From NCBI GenBank assembly GCA_030704615.1, contig CM060731.1, forward strand, positions 92,256,001 to 92,320,000: a stretch of 64,000 bases of DNA. The letters run 5' to 3'. Of this stretch, positions 36,591-53,200 are shown in pieces (the first letter of the stretch is position 1; each line of letters begins with the position of its first letter). The translations under genes and the position numbers were made by a program. The notes under the pieces were generated by a model. The model saw nothing but the letters and a program-made list of their open reading frames with translations. It was not told the DNA's origin and made no database searches. The DNA is from Takakia lepidozioides. Lineage: Eukaryota; Plantae; Bryophyta.

Positions 36591-39500
36591 CTAATCAACT
36601 TGAACATCATCATCCGGAGCTTCTTCGTCCTCATCAAGCTGCAAGTCTTCTTGGTCATCGGAGTCATCGTCATAAATGGTCTGGTCAGCAAAAGGCACAT
36701 CTGAATCATTTTCCACCTTGTTTTCAATGACCATGTCTTTATCTTCTTCTCCAACATCCGCATTTGATGGAGCCTCATCGTATAGGGTCCGGGTTGCATT
36801 CTCCGGGGCATCATCATCATCTTGTACCCCCCCAACCTTGGCCAACATCAGCATCATCATGACCAGACTCTTTCTCCTCCGCATTTGCCTCGCCCCACGT
36901 AGATCCCTGACCATGATAGATACATCTTCCTCTTGGCTTAACATGCACAACCACCTTCCAATTTCCGCCTCTTGTTTTGTCTTCGGATAAGAAAACTTGC
37001 TCCAGGTCTGAAGGCCATGCAAAAGGCTCATCGGAGGGACGATGAGCACTCGTGAGCCTATCTGCATTGACGCGTAAGAAACCACACTCGTCTTTCACTA
37101 GTGTTGCGGAGGCCCCCTAACATGTGGCTGGAACCACCTTCCCTTGAAGATAAGAGGCTGGTACCTTGTATACTGAAGTTGGAGTATGCTCTCAAGCTCC
37201 CCAATGTAGTTGAGTGTGCTCATGATAGGTCGTGTATCTCCCTTGCCCCACACTGAGTCTTGCCAATATGTGGTACACAAGCCAGAATCAAACATTGTTT
37301 TGCGGTTCATGTCAAGAGCACGAATGCGGAAATGACGACCGTGCTCCCAAACCGCCATGTATGAGGTTGCGAATTGAGAGGGGCCCCTTGTAATGTCTTG
37401 CACCAAATCTGAAACCACCTCACCACGAGCAATGACGTCCTCAACTTCAGTAGAAGCCAATGGCGGAATGGACTTAGAGGCTGCAATTCCATGGGCAAAT
37501 CTTGTGAAGAAACATTCCCACGTCGGGCGCCCCTTCCTCGTGGCCAAGCGCGTCTAGTCTCTCTTGCATGGTTCCGCCTCCACGCAGCCGTCTTCTCCTA
37601 TCGTTGCTAAACAAGGTTATTGTATCTTGCCTCCCACTCATGTATGGATGGGGTGTTCTTCAGTATGAACTCATGCGCTTGCTCAATCACCATGATCGGA
37701 AATTTTACCCTCTTCAACTTTTTAGGCAAAACAATGTCTTTGGTTCGTGCATCCTCCTCTTCTTTCCACATCCGAGGGGCTTCCTCATCCACCCTTGCCA
37801 TATCGGATATTGCACATTTTGTGGATATATTTTGTGCAATATCGCATGCATGCATAATGATATTGATGGTGTTTAAAGTGAAATATGTACCGCCCAATAT
37901 GACAACTCGTAGAAGATTAAAAGTCGTTTCATGCCGGGCACCTCCACTTCACCGATCGTGTCCGCATGGGCCTCCTTCCATCGATCTTCCCAAAACTGCC
38001 CGGATGGTGTCACAGGGGAGGGACGTATCTTCTCTTTGCCATCAAACAAGTGTTTGTCTCTTCTTCTCCATGGATAGCTCGTAGGAAGAACAGGCATGTG
38101 TGGTACCCTTTGGTGCTCAGCCCCGAGCAAATAATTAGTCATGTACACATCTCGTCACATTAGCAAAGACAAAAAGTTGTCATGTGCATGGCCCATAGTG
38201 CCATCTACCCCACTAGGGTGCACAAGACTGTCGCCGTTACTTCAATCAATCCCAATCCTCATCGATATTATCCCTTGACAAGTAACTGTACGCGGGTTCT
38301 TCATGGGGAACATAATATACCTGGATAATCATGCACTGTCCAAAACAAGATGTCTCTCATCTGAAAAGATTGTCTGGCCATATGGTCAAGTGAAGCATCC
38401 AATGTCGAGACCCCTCTCCATAGCTCCTTAAGTTCATCAACTAGGGGTCACAAGTACGTGTCTATGTGTTTCACTTGTTTCTTCCCTATGAGACATTCAC
38501 ATCATTGTTTCAATGCTCCACCATGCTAATTATATTTCATGGGCAATAACACATCTTACTCCATGATTACATTGACCACTCATCAATCTTCCATCGGAAT
38601 TGCGCTAGAGGTCAGAAGATTAATGCAAAATCCAAGGGAATAATAAGCATGGATTAATGGGAACACTCACCTGGTACAATGGCAGCCAACATGATATGGC
38701 CTTTTCTTATTGAAAGATACGGAGGGATGTTGTAATTCATCATGGTCACCGGCCAAGTGGAATGACTACATGACTGGATAGAGTATGGGTTGACCCCATC
38801 CGTGGAGAAGCCGAGGTGGACATGTCATGGGTCGTGCAAGAGAAAATGCCATCTCTCTTTAGTATGCCTCCATGCTTGTGAATCTTGTGGCCCGCACACC
38901 TTTCCCCGGGGGCTCCGATGCGAGGCGTGTCATCTCATCAGTTTTGCCAATGAGGGGCTTCGGTAGTGTGCCTTCAATCGCGGGATGATCGGAAAGTAAT
39001 GCATTTTCTAGGATAAAATACCCCACGTTCCCCACATATAATCATCCCATTAGTACACATAATACAACACCCTTATGTCTTTCTTTTATGCGGTCTCTCC
39101 CTCATTAGGGCATGAATGGTCAAAACCGAACATCGCTAGTATTACTTACTCCTAGAGCCACAATCAGATCTTGCATGAGTACTACTCTATAAACCCTAAA
39201 CTTTGTGGAATATACTTTACATGCATTGAGAGAATTAAACAAAAAAAAAATCCATGCGAGGGGGAATGGCGCATACCTTGCGTGGTATTTTTTTTCCCTT
39301 GGACATCATCCCGATCGGTCTTTCTTGCACTTTGGGCACTTGGTGAGACGCAAATCCTCTCCGTAGTATAGGGTTTCGTCACAGGTACATGCATGAAAAA
39401 TCTTATAGCCCATCCCCACAGAGTCCAAGACTTCGCACGCCTCTTTCCGCGACCGTGGCATCTTGGGTTTCAAGTGTGGAGCAAGGATATAGTCCGTAAT

Positions 39501-39947
39501 AGTTTCCATTATGGCAGACATCCCAACATTACTTATGTCAAATCGAATTTGAAGATTGAGCAAAAGTAAGATTGTTGAAAGTCGACTCACTTTCGCCCCT
39601 TCGTACAAGAGAGTTCTTGCCTCCCTCTCCATGTCATTTGAGGGGGCAATTTCACGATCATCGATTGGCCGGCCAGTTTCTTCTCCATGGGATGCATCAG
39701 CACCCACATGATGTATTAAGAGATCCTCCATGGCTTGCACATCCTCCTGGTTAATTCCATCCTCATTATTGTTGTCACTGTCACTGTCATTGTCATCGTC
39801 ATCATTGTTCGGTACTTCATCAACGGTGGGGGCAGCTTCTCGCCCACGATTCCCACCTGATGTACTTGGGTTGTTTAATTCAGATAGGGTGCCAAGAGAA
39901 AGGACCGGTAGGGGAAGAACAAAGTCTTGATATGAAGAAATGAACAT
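36591..39947 (-). pseudogene. CACTA/En-Spm transposase (Tnp2-type), decayed and intron-containing
   Basis: LLYEGAKVSRLS...MGYKIFHACTCD...CPKC; YFPIIPRLK, LGFSTDGVNPY, STWPV, NIPP; IDTYL.PLVDELKELW; YIGELESIL, EPFAWPSDLEQVF; several stops and frameshifts. Confidence 0.9.
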
Positions 39948-40159
39948 ACGGGCATATATTATAATGTGTCATTGCAACAATACAACTTATTATAAGCGAA
40001 ATGCAAACAACAACCTTCAATGTGTGGGGGGATGCTAGAGTGTGAGCCTAGCCACGCGAGCCAAGGAAGCTTGTGAGCCCAAGAGCCTGGTGAGCCCAGT
40101 CGACGTGGCACGAGAATGGGGGAAGATGCAGGGTGTATTTCCGCGGATGAGCACCCATT

Positions 40160-40980
40160 ACCGCGGAAACACGGCAAATTGACAAACACAGCAAACACGA
40201 CAAACCCTAACCCTAACCTTTAGCGTACTGCCATGTTCGTGAAGGAAAACAGACTGGGAATTAAGCTGACGTCATTACCGCACAAACACGACAAGCACGG
40301 CAAACCGGGGAAACACTGCAAATCGGAACCTCAAACCCTAACCCTAACCCTTAGCGAACTGCCATGTTCGTGGAGGGAAACAGGGCCGGGAATTAAGCGG
40401 GCATTAGGCATATGATAATTTTTATTTTATTTTATTTATTTCCCCCCCCCCCTTTGGGCATTTGAGTAGATGTTGTCGACGATCATCGTGAATTCATGGT
40501 CATGAAGAAATTGAGTGCGTTGACACACTCAGTTTTGCGTTGGGGGGGAGGAAAAAAAAAAAAAATCCCCCTCCTCCCCCCGGAGAACTGTGTGCGTCAA
40601 AGCACTCAATTTCTTCATGATCATGATTTCAGGATGATCATCGACGACAGTGTTGTGCGTCCAGATTTTCACCCCACCCGGTGGGTTTTGGGGAAAAAAA
40701 AAAAAAAATAAAAAAATCCCCCCCCCCCCCCCCCCAGGCTGAGAACTGAGTGCGTCAACACACTCAATTTTTTTCATGATCATGATTTCAGTATGATCAT
40801 TGACGACATCGACGACAATGTTGTGCGGGTCCGGATTTTCACCCCGGGTACCCGGCGGGTTAGGGTCAGCATTTTTTTTATTGGTGATTTTTCGCCATTT
40901 GGCCGCCTGAAAATCCCCTTGGCGAATGAAACAAAGGGAAAAAGAGGTCCAAATAAGGCAGTTTTCGCCAAAAACTGGGG
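40160..40980. repeat. Subterminal repeat and fold-back region upstream of the CACTA transposase
   Basis: Duplicated ~130-bp unit containing AAACCCTAACCCTAACC (about 40203 and 40333); ~75-bp unit present inverted (40475-40545 vs 40575-40650) and again at 40735-40830, separated by A and C/G homopolymers. Confidence 0.7.
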
Positions 40981-42672
40981 GTCTCAAAAAGGTCCTCGTC
41001 TATGGACCCACGGGGCAGCACAGATGTAGCCATGGCGGGCCCCATGTAGGATGATCTGACAGGCTAGATGAGGAGTGGGTTTAGGATAGCCTCCTTCGTT
41101 TCTCAAGGAGATGCTCGTCGCCAGTCTTGCGAGAACTATACGGCTTTCAACTATTTCTGTACTTCACCTTCTATTGCTCATCAACATCCATTTGATTCGC
41201 AAAATATGGCAAGGGTGGAAATACATGTAGCCTACCAATTCGAGGAAAATTACCTAGAGTGGGCCACTACCCTACACCCAATATATATAGCCACTCCTAC
41301 CCCTTTTCAAAATCCTTAAAAAAACCCTGGTTAGGATCCGGGTTACCTATCCGGATCCGGACCCGTGCCATCACCAAAAACTTGGATCCTGACCCGGGTT
41401 CATTTTAAAATCGAACCCAGACCCGCCAGCTAGGTCCAGAACCCGTTAAACCCGCTACTCGCGGGCCATAGTTGTATAGCCATCTCTCCTAGTTCACTAG
41501 TTGACTTTCTAGAGAGTTCTACTTTCTAGATAGTTCTACTATTGTCGGTGGGTTGAAAAGCAACTCACTAGTGGGTGTGGCTGCTGCAGGAGTATACTTA
41601 TAGGAACAGTGACCACAAAAGGTTGGGCCTTGGTGAGAGTGGGGCCAGGTGGGATCGCGGCTTGGGGCTCGTCTTCAAGGTGGAGCGCTTGGGGCTGGTG
41701 GAGGTGGGACTAGCTGCGTGAAGTGCTTGGGGTAGGAGTGCTTGGGATTGATGAAGTAGGGCTGGGGGGAATTGGGTCGATCATCGTGCTTCTAAAAGGG
41801 ACTCAATATGTCGTATTTGCCGTGTTTGGAAGTTTTACTGTGTTCACCTTTTCTTCCAAAATATACGCTTCCACAATAATAGGACCCCATCTAAACCCTG
41901 TCCTCCGTTATAGGACTTGCTTCTCCCTCCTCTAAACCCTGGGCTCACGCTTAGAGGGCAAAGCGTGAGCCGAGCTCCTGGGCTCACGCCGTAGCTACGC
42001 TCCAATGTGTGCATGCATCAAATATGTCAATTAGTAATTACATGTATGTGCGCAACGTCACGCATGCAAAGTTTCAAACCTAATCAAAATAATTTGCCCC
42101 CCCCCCAAGGACGCGTTCACCCTGTCAACCATTTTGTTTATTGTGAAAGAAAATCCTCTCATGCCCATTGCACCCATCAAACGGATGTGGCTCAAGCTTC
42201 ACTTTTTCCCACATGTGGTTGAATATGTGTGCAACACATATGCAAAGATTCAACCACCCCCCCAAAAAAAAACAAAAAACATTTGCCTCCCCAATGACGC
42301 ACTCATCCTTGAACCAATTTTAAATTAAATGAATTTTAAATGAATTTTAAATGAATATTCCAGTGATGACAAAGTCGGAACTGGTTTTAGGTTAGGCGAG
42401 AATATGCTCTCTTTCTATCGTTCGTAGTTCGTTTCGTTAAGGCGCCAATTTCCGAGCTATGTATGTCAAATCCGCGCACTTGCATCATATGCGCGGCGGG
42501 TGTGTGGAATGGAGGGTTTGGGGATGTACATATACCATGTACTGTGTTGTGCATGTCCTAGTGCTGGGTCCGATGTCTTGGTAGCGATCAGATGTGTTGG
42601 CTTCAATGCTCCGCCATTAGAATGTTGGTGAGCTGGATATGCCTACCTTGATTTTTTATATATGGGGTGCAG

Positions 42673-45802
<3,130 letters not shown>

Positions 45803-46262
45803 GTATGTATAAAGAATATATTTTTCGCTTTGATATTTGTGCTACATGCTGCTGTGATAGCATACTTGGATTGGTTGAAAGACTAATTGCAAGATCAGTG
45901 CGTATCAAAGCCCATTTTGTCGAAATGCACTTCATTATTTCCATGGATCATCATGAATGGACGAAGGCCTGGGGGTATCATGCTGAATGGAGGAGAGAGA
46001 TAGAACGGAAGAGTTATAAACAAAAAAAGGACACACCACTGATGCTCTTCATATTTCATGGGTCAGTACGCACTTGACAGTAAAGAATCTGCTCTGCAGC
46101 TTCTAGGGATGTTCATAAATCCACAATTTTGTCTGTTGTATGCTGCTAGGTCTTAAAATGGCAGTCGAGCGGGATAAAATTTCATGTCCACAAAGACAGT
46201 GGACTTCACTGATTGATGCATCATAGTTGTTAAGAGACTGGATTGGTGTTGACCTTTTGCAG

Positions 46263-46357
46263 GATGGTGTATTGACAGTGTGGCTTGGGAGTTTAGGCAC
46301 ATATGTTATCAATAAGCAGACCCCAAACTGGCAGATCTGGTTTTCATCTCCTGTTAG
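46263..46357 (+). pseudogene. FXN: Isolated frataxin exon
   Basis: AG/GT-bounded exon encoding [31 protein letters not shown], the frataxin/CyaY signature; conserved R of PNRQIW is W; no other frataxin exons seen. Confidence 0.88.
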
Positions 46358-46726
46358 GTCTGTATTTCTATTGTGTTTGTTTGGTTACTGGCCCTGTGGG
46401 TGTGTGTGTGTGTGTGTGAGAGAGATACACATAGCATGTCAAAGCTAGACAAGGAAACACTCAGTGTGCCATGTTTGCCTCTTTTTATACCTCCCTTTAC
46501 ATATCCTTGCTGGAAGACCAGTTTTTAGGTGTACAAAGTGGCAATAAGATGCACACTAGGTAGGCCCTTCTCAGAAACAGATTTGCCTCCTCACTTTCAT
46601 ATTATAGGAAGCGATAGTAGAAGTAGGAAGACACAAGTGTCTCCTTAAAAGTAAATCCTTTCCATGTAGGTACAAGCTCATAGATCCATCAAACCAAATA
46701 GAGCAAAAACAACAATAGTATGTGTA

Positions 46727-46899
46727 CAATCAACACATACAAACAGATTTGAGGTTTGAGAGAGTTCAAAGCCTCACTCCCTTAGTCTCTTGCCCTTAGT
46801 AGCATTTCCTGCAATCAACACATACAAACAGATTTGAGGTTTGAGAGAGTTCAAAGCCTCACTCCCTTAGTCTCTTGCCCTTAGTAGCATTTCCTGCAA
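46727..46899. repeat. Perfect tandem duplication of an 85-bp unit
   Basis: CAATCAACACATACAAACAGATTTGAGG...CATTTCCTG starts at 46727 and again at 46812. Confidence 0.95.
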
Positions 46900-48639
46900 C
46901 AAAAAAGGTGAAGTGGCATCACCTGGATCCATCACAGCCAACCAACCAACCAACAGATTAGCGATCCCTGCGGAACCCCAGGCTTATACCCCTTCACATT
47001 TGTTATCAATGTCATCCCTGCAACAGGTCATACTAGCAAAGAGAGGAGAGGTAAAAGAGGTCATTTCAGCCATTCAACATAGGTACAGAACTTAGTAGCA
47101 CCTATTTCAGCCCATGCAACAGAGGGAGGGGGGGTGGTCTCATGCCTGTAAGCACCCATTCCCAAAAGGAAGACCAAGTACTCAAGCAAGGGCACATATA
47201 GAAGCCCTTGGTTTTGCAAAAGTATTCCTAGATTCAGAGTAGAGCTTAGTCAAGTCCATGTAAGTTCCTCATAGTGTCAACTCTCTTTGTGTTGCCATCC
47301 AAAGCAGCCCATCACATTGTTGAAGGAGTCTGAATGGATATCTTGCTTGTAGACATATGAGTAGTTGATTTTTGTTTATGTAAGACTACCCTCTCCATAT
47401 ACCTGGAGTTCTACAGAGAGAAACTCGGGTCTGAACTTCAAATATCCTAGACCATCTTAGATCTACACCAAGTTGGGGGAAACGACGTTGGAAATCTAGC
47501 AATCCGAAGCTACGGCCGAGTCGTTTGAAGAAGTCTCGTCTTGGTTGTTTGTTTTTATTCTTTTGAAAGGGGAAGTGATACCAGGATATGACTTAATGGT
47601 TTTTTTTTTTGGGTTGGCCAAGCACATAAGTATTATTGATTAAATTACTAACTTCAAGCTGAGACCTTAATTAGTGTCTGGATGATCTGGAAGAAGTGAT
47701 TATTGAGGTCCATAGAATGAAGAATGTTAATGGGAATATGACTAAAATTTAAGGAAAACAAGTGGTGAGTGCAGCATTAGGAATTTTTGAAAATGTCATT
47801 TCTTGATTGCAAGATAGTTTTGTTATTATTATGAGCAGGCACGATTTGATCTAAACACTTTTTATGGACCTTGGTTCACGAACTACTTCCAAGATATTGT
47901 AGAGTAAAGCTTGGGCTAAAGATTCTGTTTTTTTGAAAACATGGAATTCTAGCTGACAGGCCACGTTAAAGAATGAGATTTGACCATTGTGTTTAAATAA
48001 CTAAAAGAAACTTTCTTGTAACAACATCTTTATGTTAGTTTGATAGTTAGGATGTTAGTTAACACCTCCAAGGTTGGGGGTTCAACTCTTGCCGGCCGCA
48101 ACTTAGTTAGTTTTGCTTATCTGTTAAAATCCTTGTAATAGCCCTATAAGTAATTCTAGCGATGACCGAAGGTCGCAAGCTAGTTTACCGTAGAGTAGAT
48201 ATAGGGTGTCAAAGTGCCACGTCATCATCCTCACGTCATCGTTGCCACGTTTCATCGCCATGTTTCGTCGCCACGTTTCGTCATCAAATTTTTTGGAATC
48301 TGCCCGGACTGCTCGTCTGAGTAACGCCAATAGAGTTCGTCTCGCCAAGTTTTTCGAAACTGCCCACGCAACCCGTTTCTTGATCTTCTTGAACCGCAGG
48401 AGGGTTTTCACAGGCCGATCGTGACTTGCAGATGGAGATGTTCATAGATTATGAGTACACAGTAGGAGTTCTCACGATGGTGGGACAAGCGCAATCGCAA
48501 GGTCTCGCTTTTCTTAATGTACGATGTGAAGAAGTTGACAAGGTTCTTGGGGATTTAGCTTGGTCTTAGCAGGTCGTGTTTCAATCTCTGCCTGCTTAGC
48601 TGCACCGTGGTGGTTCTCACATACCAATTTGGCATTACT

Positions 48640-48830
48640 TGATTACAGACACAAGCAGCACACACAAAGGTCTTTTTGGGTTGATGGTCGACCAAATCCT
48701 CTATGGGTCATGACACAAGGTCAAGGACAATCTAGTGAGGGCACCTTCTTCTTCGACCTATTTCAGCCTGTTTTGTCCTCTCATCAGACTCGGCCCTGAG
48801 CTGCATATTGAATTCTGTAAGTTAGCTCGT
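48640..48830 (+). pseudogene. PDF-motif gene fragment homologous to Pack-CACTA cargo
   Basis: DYRHKQHTQRSFWVDGRPNPLWV, then GCACCTTCTTCTTC.ACCTATTTCAGC...GTAAGTTAGCT, matching the reverse complement of about 15290-15380 and 15800-15890. Confidence 0.7.
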
Positions 48831-49180
48831 TACCTGGAATGGATGAAATTACTGTTGAATTTTACAAAGCTCTGTGGCCTGAAATCTCGGGGGACTTTAC
48901 CGCAATGGTTAATAATCTGTTCCTCCAAGGTCACTTGCCCCCCTCTTATGTCACAAGGGGTTATCACCTTACTGTGCAAAAAAAGGGATAGGAAAAACAT
49001 ATCTAACTACCGGCCAATAATCTTTTTTAACCTGGCATACAAAATAGTAGCTAAGGCGCTGGCCCTCAGATTACAACCTCTCCTTCTTTCCATCATAAGG
49101 CCAAATCAAACAGGATTTATAAAGAGGAGGTATATTCTTGATAACTTGCTTCTGGCCCAAGAGATTCCAGCTCAAGGCTA
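48831..49180 (+). mobile_element. LINE reverse transcriptase N-terminal fragment
   Basis: PGMD..TVEFYK, ITLLCKK...NYRPI...AYKIVAKALALRL...NQTGFIKRRYILDN. Confidence 0.9.
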
Positions 49181-49771
49181 AGATCAGCAACCGATCTATT
49201 ATTGGACCAAGTAAAAGTGATGTCAAAGGCCTGGCCAAATAATGGTACCGCCTCTGCCAGGTTATGTGTTTGAGTGCAAGTAGACCACTAATCCATTTTT
49301 TATGGGTTGGAGGTAAACGACCCTACACCTCTCCTATCTTCTTGCATTTCCACCATGTTGAAATCGTCAGATATTATTCAGTTGTCAATGGTGTGTTGCT
49401 CCCGCATCTTGGTATTGAGCAGAGTCCAGAACTCTGCTCTTTCTGCAGAGGCATTAGGTGCATATATATCTACCAGTCCAATTGGACCACTAAAGTTGGG
49501 CATGGATAATGCACAAAATTGCAGTCTTCCAGGAAGCCAGCAGGCTTCTAATATGAGAAACGGTTGTATGGATGGGGAAAGCAGAATTGCAGTCCCTCCT
49601 TTTGTGCCAGAGGAAGTATTAGTTAATGGCCAGAGGTAATCGGAGAGGATATCTATTTTATGTTGGTCTAATTTATGTTCCTGCAGAAATACGATGGAGT
49701 GATCTGAAAAGAAGGGTGCCAACCAAGTTTTGACTTTCAATCTCTTCAGAGAAGCCGGATCCGTTCCCAGC
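49181..49771 (-). mobile_element. LINE APE endonuclease fragment, truncated by a CACTA end
   Basis: LGTDPASLKRLKVKTW...VFLQEHK...SDYLWP...GGTAILLSP...IYAPN; same family as 12673. Confidence 0.9.
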
Positions 49772-52700
49772 CACTACAACAAATGAGCGTTTTTATGACT
49801 GCACATATGACTATTTTTTCAATCCTACATGCGTTCATGACTACATCACTCTGTAGTGAAAAAAACGGCGTGATAGCGACTATTCTTTAGGACTACGTTT
49901 TACAAGTCATAGCCGTGACTGCGTGCATGGCACCTGGAGTCATGCATAAGAGAGTGATGAAGTCACAACTCTATGACTTACATATGATTAACTATATGAC
50001 TACATTGTCTGCTAAGCGTTGCCTACATGGAGAGGCTTTAGAGGAACACGTGCACCACTGCGCAAGCGACAAATCACGACACCTGTTGTACTTCAGATGT
50101 GACATGTGGCACTTAGACAGAATATATGACTAGCGTATATGACTACTCCTACACAGACGCCAGAGTTCTGGATTTGTCAATGGGCACAGGTTCGTCTCTT
50201 CAACATTCACATTTCATGAGGTTTGTTTGAGCTTGCACTTTCAGCACTTCCCACCGTTCCAAATGTGTTTTCAATATCTGTTTCCTTCATTCTATTCCGA
50301 GTCTTGGGACTCATCACGGTCCAATGGGGCCGTGGTGGGTGGGCCAAGACTCACCGCGATTCATCACCGGGAATCGAGGGTCTTCGTGGTGGTTCGCCAT
50401 AAAATGATGGTGTTGTTTGTGGAACCCCCGCGGACAGTCACAGAAGTATATATACGGCCCGGCGGCCAGTTTGGGAGTTAGGCGTGCGCATCAAAGCGAG
50501 TAACTATGACTTGAAGGGGAGTTTACCGAAGTGAGGTGCGCGACAAAAGCGGTCATAAAACAGGGATTGCAGGCAAATACAACAGTTTGGTCGTTTTGAA
50601 ACTCACAAAATTACTAATGATGGTGGCGCTTATGGGCCACAAAACTCCTCTAATGCCTGTGTATGTATTCTTCTTCATCTTGGTGTACATGTCAACCTGC
50701 GCGGTGTAAGGCTTCCTCATCGACTACAAACCATGTATCAAAAAAAAATTTATGTACTTCTCAAAGTTATCAAATGTAAAGACAGATCCTAGATACATAT
50801 AATAGCAATCAGCCAAATCACCAGTCTGAATTATCCTCAGTATAGACTTCAAGCTGCAATTGTGCCTCTGTAATAATGAGGGGTCAGAGGGTCATTAATA
50901 AAACAGGCAAGAAACTACATAGCCTTAATGTGGGGGGAAGATTCACCCAATTAACCCTTCATTATGCAATGGAAGCCTTAGTAATGTTCATGTGCTTTCA
51001 GTCTCGGAGTCGCTGCTCCATTGTCCTACTATCCTCTACAACTTTAGTAAAGCAGTTGTGTGCCTGGACAATCTCTTCCACTGTTAGGGCAACGGCACCT
51101 TCAAAACACGTTGGCTGTACCATATCCACCAAATTTCTTGGTTCCCTCAAACCCTCGAAGTCCGCATTCTTGCCAAGGTCTACCTCATTGACATCTGCTA
51201 CTACTCGTCTTGCTCTCGAGAGGATTCTTGTGGAGGACCACCTTCCACCCCGGTGCACGTCGCACATCTGAAAAGAACACTTGTTCTACTTGGGAAGGAA
51301 ATACGAATGGTTCTTCATGCTCGGTAGCAACCTTCACAAATCAACAAGCAGGAAACCGTATGCATCTCTTTTCATGGTGGCGTTTTTTCCCACCGTGTTG
51401 GATCTCACCCAAAAACACCGAAACACAATGGGTTCTACTTCATGGCCATAGTCTAGTTTTAGAATTTCTTTGACGACTCCCACATACTGCAAAAGGGATG
51501 TGACAAGATTCATATTTCTTGCAGTGCTCCTGCTCTCCTGTATAGAAACTGAAGCAACACTGCTATCAAAAGTGACAAGGATGCGGGAGTCTTCATCATC
51601 CACTCTGTAATGGTTCCCATAGGCTTTCATTGAGCGATATGAGGTGGCAGTCAATAGTGGGGGAATGAAAGATATATCATATCGTTGTCGTGTACCTCGT
51701 TCTCAAAGGCATATGTCCCAACCGCAGCCCTCACCCACTTTGCAAATGGCTCCAAGTCTACCATTGTTGACGGATATTCCACAGGGGATGTCCGTGTCCG
51801 CCGATCCCTCCGCCATGCTCTCGCAAATGTGGCACGTTTGGCTTTCTGACGCTCTGTCTCCTCTACATATTTCTTGGTTCATTGGTAAATAACATGTGAA
51901 CAACCAAACAAGCCAGGCCCATGAGTACATCACAAACCCAAATAAATATAACTAAAATAATACACGTCACCTTACAAGCCCAAATAAACGTAACTACAGT
52001 AATATATGTCACTTTGAAGTCGATGTCACAGTAACACAAGAACCACTTATAAGTGTTGTCAACAACTACGAAACATCTTCTAGTCATTTGGAGCATACAT
52101 GTAGTACATGATACCACTCCACTTAGTAATCAAAACGGCTTGTGATAGTATAGGTAATTCCATATGCCACAAAACTCAGCTGTCCCCTGCTAGGACACAA
52201 ATAGTCACCTACTCTTTATACATGGTATCATGGTTGTTGTGTTGTTTAACACATAAACATGCGCCGCATCACGAAGAAGATGGGACATCACCCTCTTTGT
52301 GCCACGACCTTCTAGAACCTCCCCCGGCCTCCACTCCTTCTTTGTCCCACACCCGGCCTCCACTCCTTTGTCATGAAGCCCATGGCCTCATCAACAACGT
52401 ATCCTTCTGCCATACTCCCCTTCGGCCTTGCCATATTCCGTACATAACCCTTTAAGTCTTTCATATACCTTCCATTGGGTACATCCACCGTGTGGCGACG
52501 GGGCCACACGTATATACCTCATCCACAAGATGCACTAGTAGATGTGTCATCACATCAAAGAATGAAGGAGGAAATTCCTTCTCCATCAAACAAAGTGTCA
52601 CGGCAACATCCTCGCGCAATAAGGTTGTCTCCCTCGGATTCCACATCTTTGCATAAATGCGACGGAACACTCGACATACGCGCATGATGGCAGTGCAAGG

Positions 52701-53200
52701 ACCCTCTGCCATGTTATCACGAATGCACATAGGTAAAATCTGTTGCAAGACCCTCGAACTATCGGGCTCAGTGGAAATTCCCTTTGGTTGTTGGCAGTCC
52801 GGAATAGCTCCCCACACCTTGGTCATTTTCCGGCTCGCTTGCTTACTTACTAGCTTTTGGTCACTTAACGGGCTTGCACCGTTCTTGGAGTTACTACTCC
52901 CTATATATACTTCTGTAGGTGTCGGCGGGGGTCTCACAAATAACCAAGTCCTTTTATGGTGAACCACCACCAAGACCCTTGATCCCCTATGATGAGTCGT
53001 AGTGAGTTTGGCCCATCCACCACGGCCCCAATGGTGAGCCCCAAGACTCCCCACGACTCCCACACAAGGCCTCAGCCCCGTGGTGAGTCCTATGCCACCC
53101 CCACTATGACTCCGTAAGCTACCACCACCCCACGTGGAGCCCCCCCCACCGCAACCCGGTTTGCGGGGCTCCACCTAGTGAGCACCTCCGCCTCCTTGAA
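49772..53200 (-). mobile_element. CACTA element with decayed transposase C-terminal region; right boundary uncertain
   Basis: CACTACAACAAAT at 49772 with TATGACT subterminal repeats; minus strand FPPSFFDVMTHLLVHLV...RWMYPME, YVRNMARPKGSMAEGY, YGNHYRV, YVGVVKEILKLDY, EPFVFPSQVEQVF. Confidence 0.85.

Noticed and set aside
34906-40990. A single intact CACTA element spanning the terminus at 34906 and the transposase
   Set aside because: No matching right TIR or AGT TSD was found, so the parts are reported separately.
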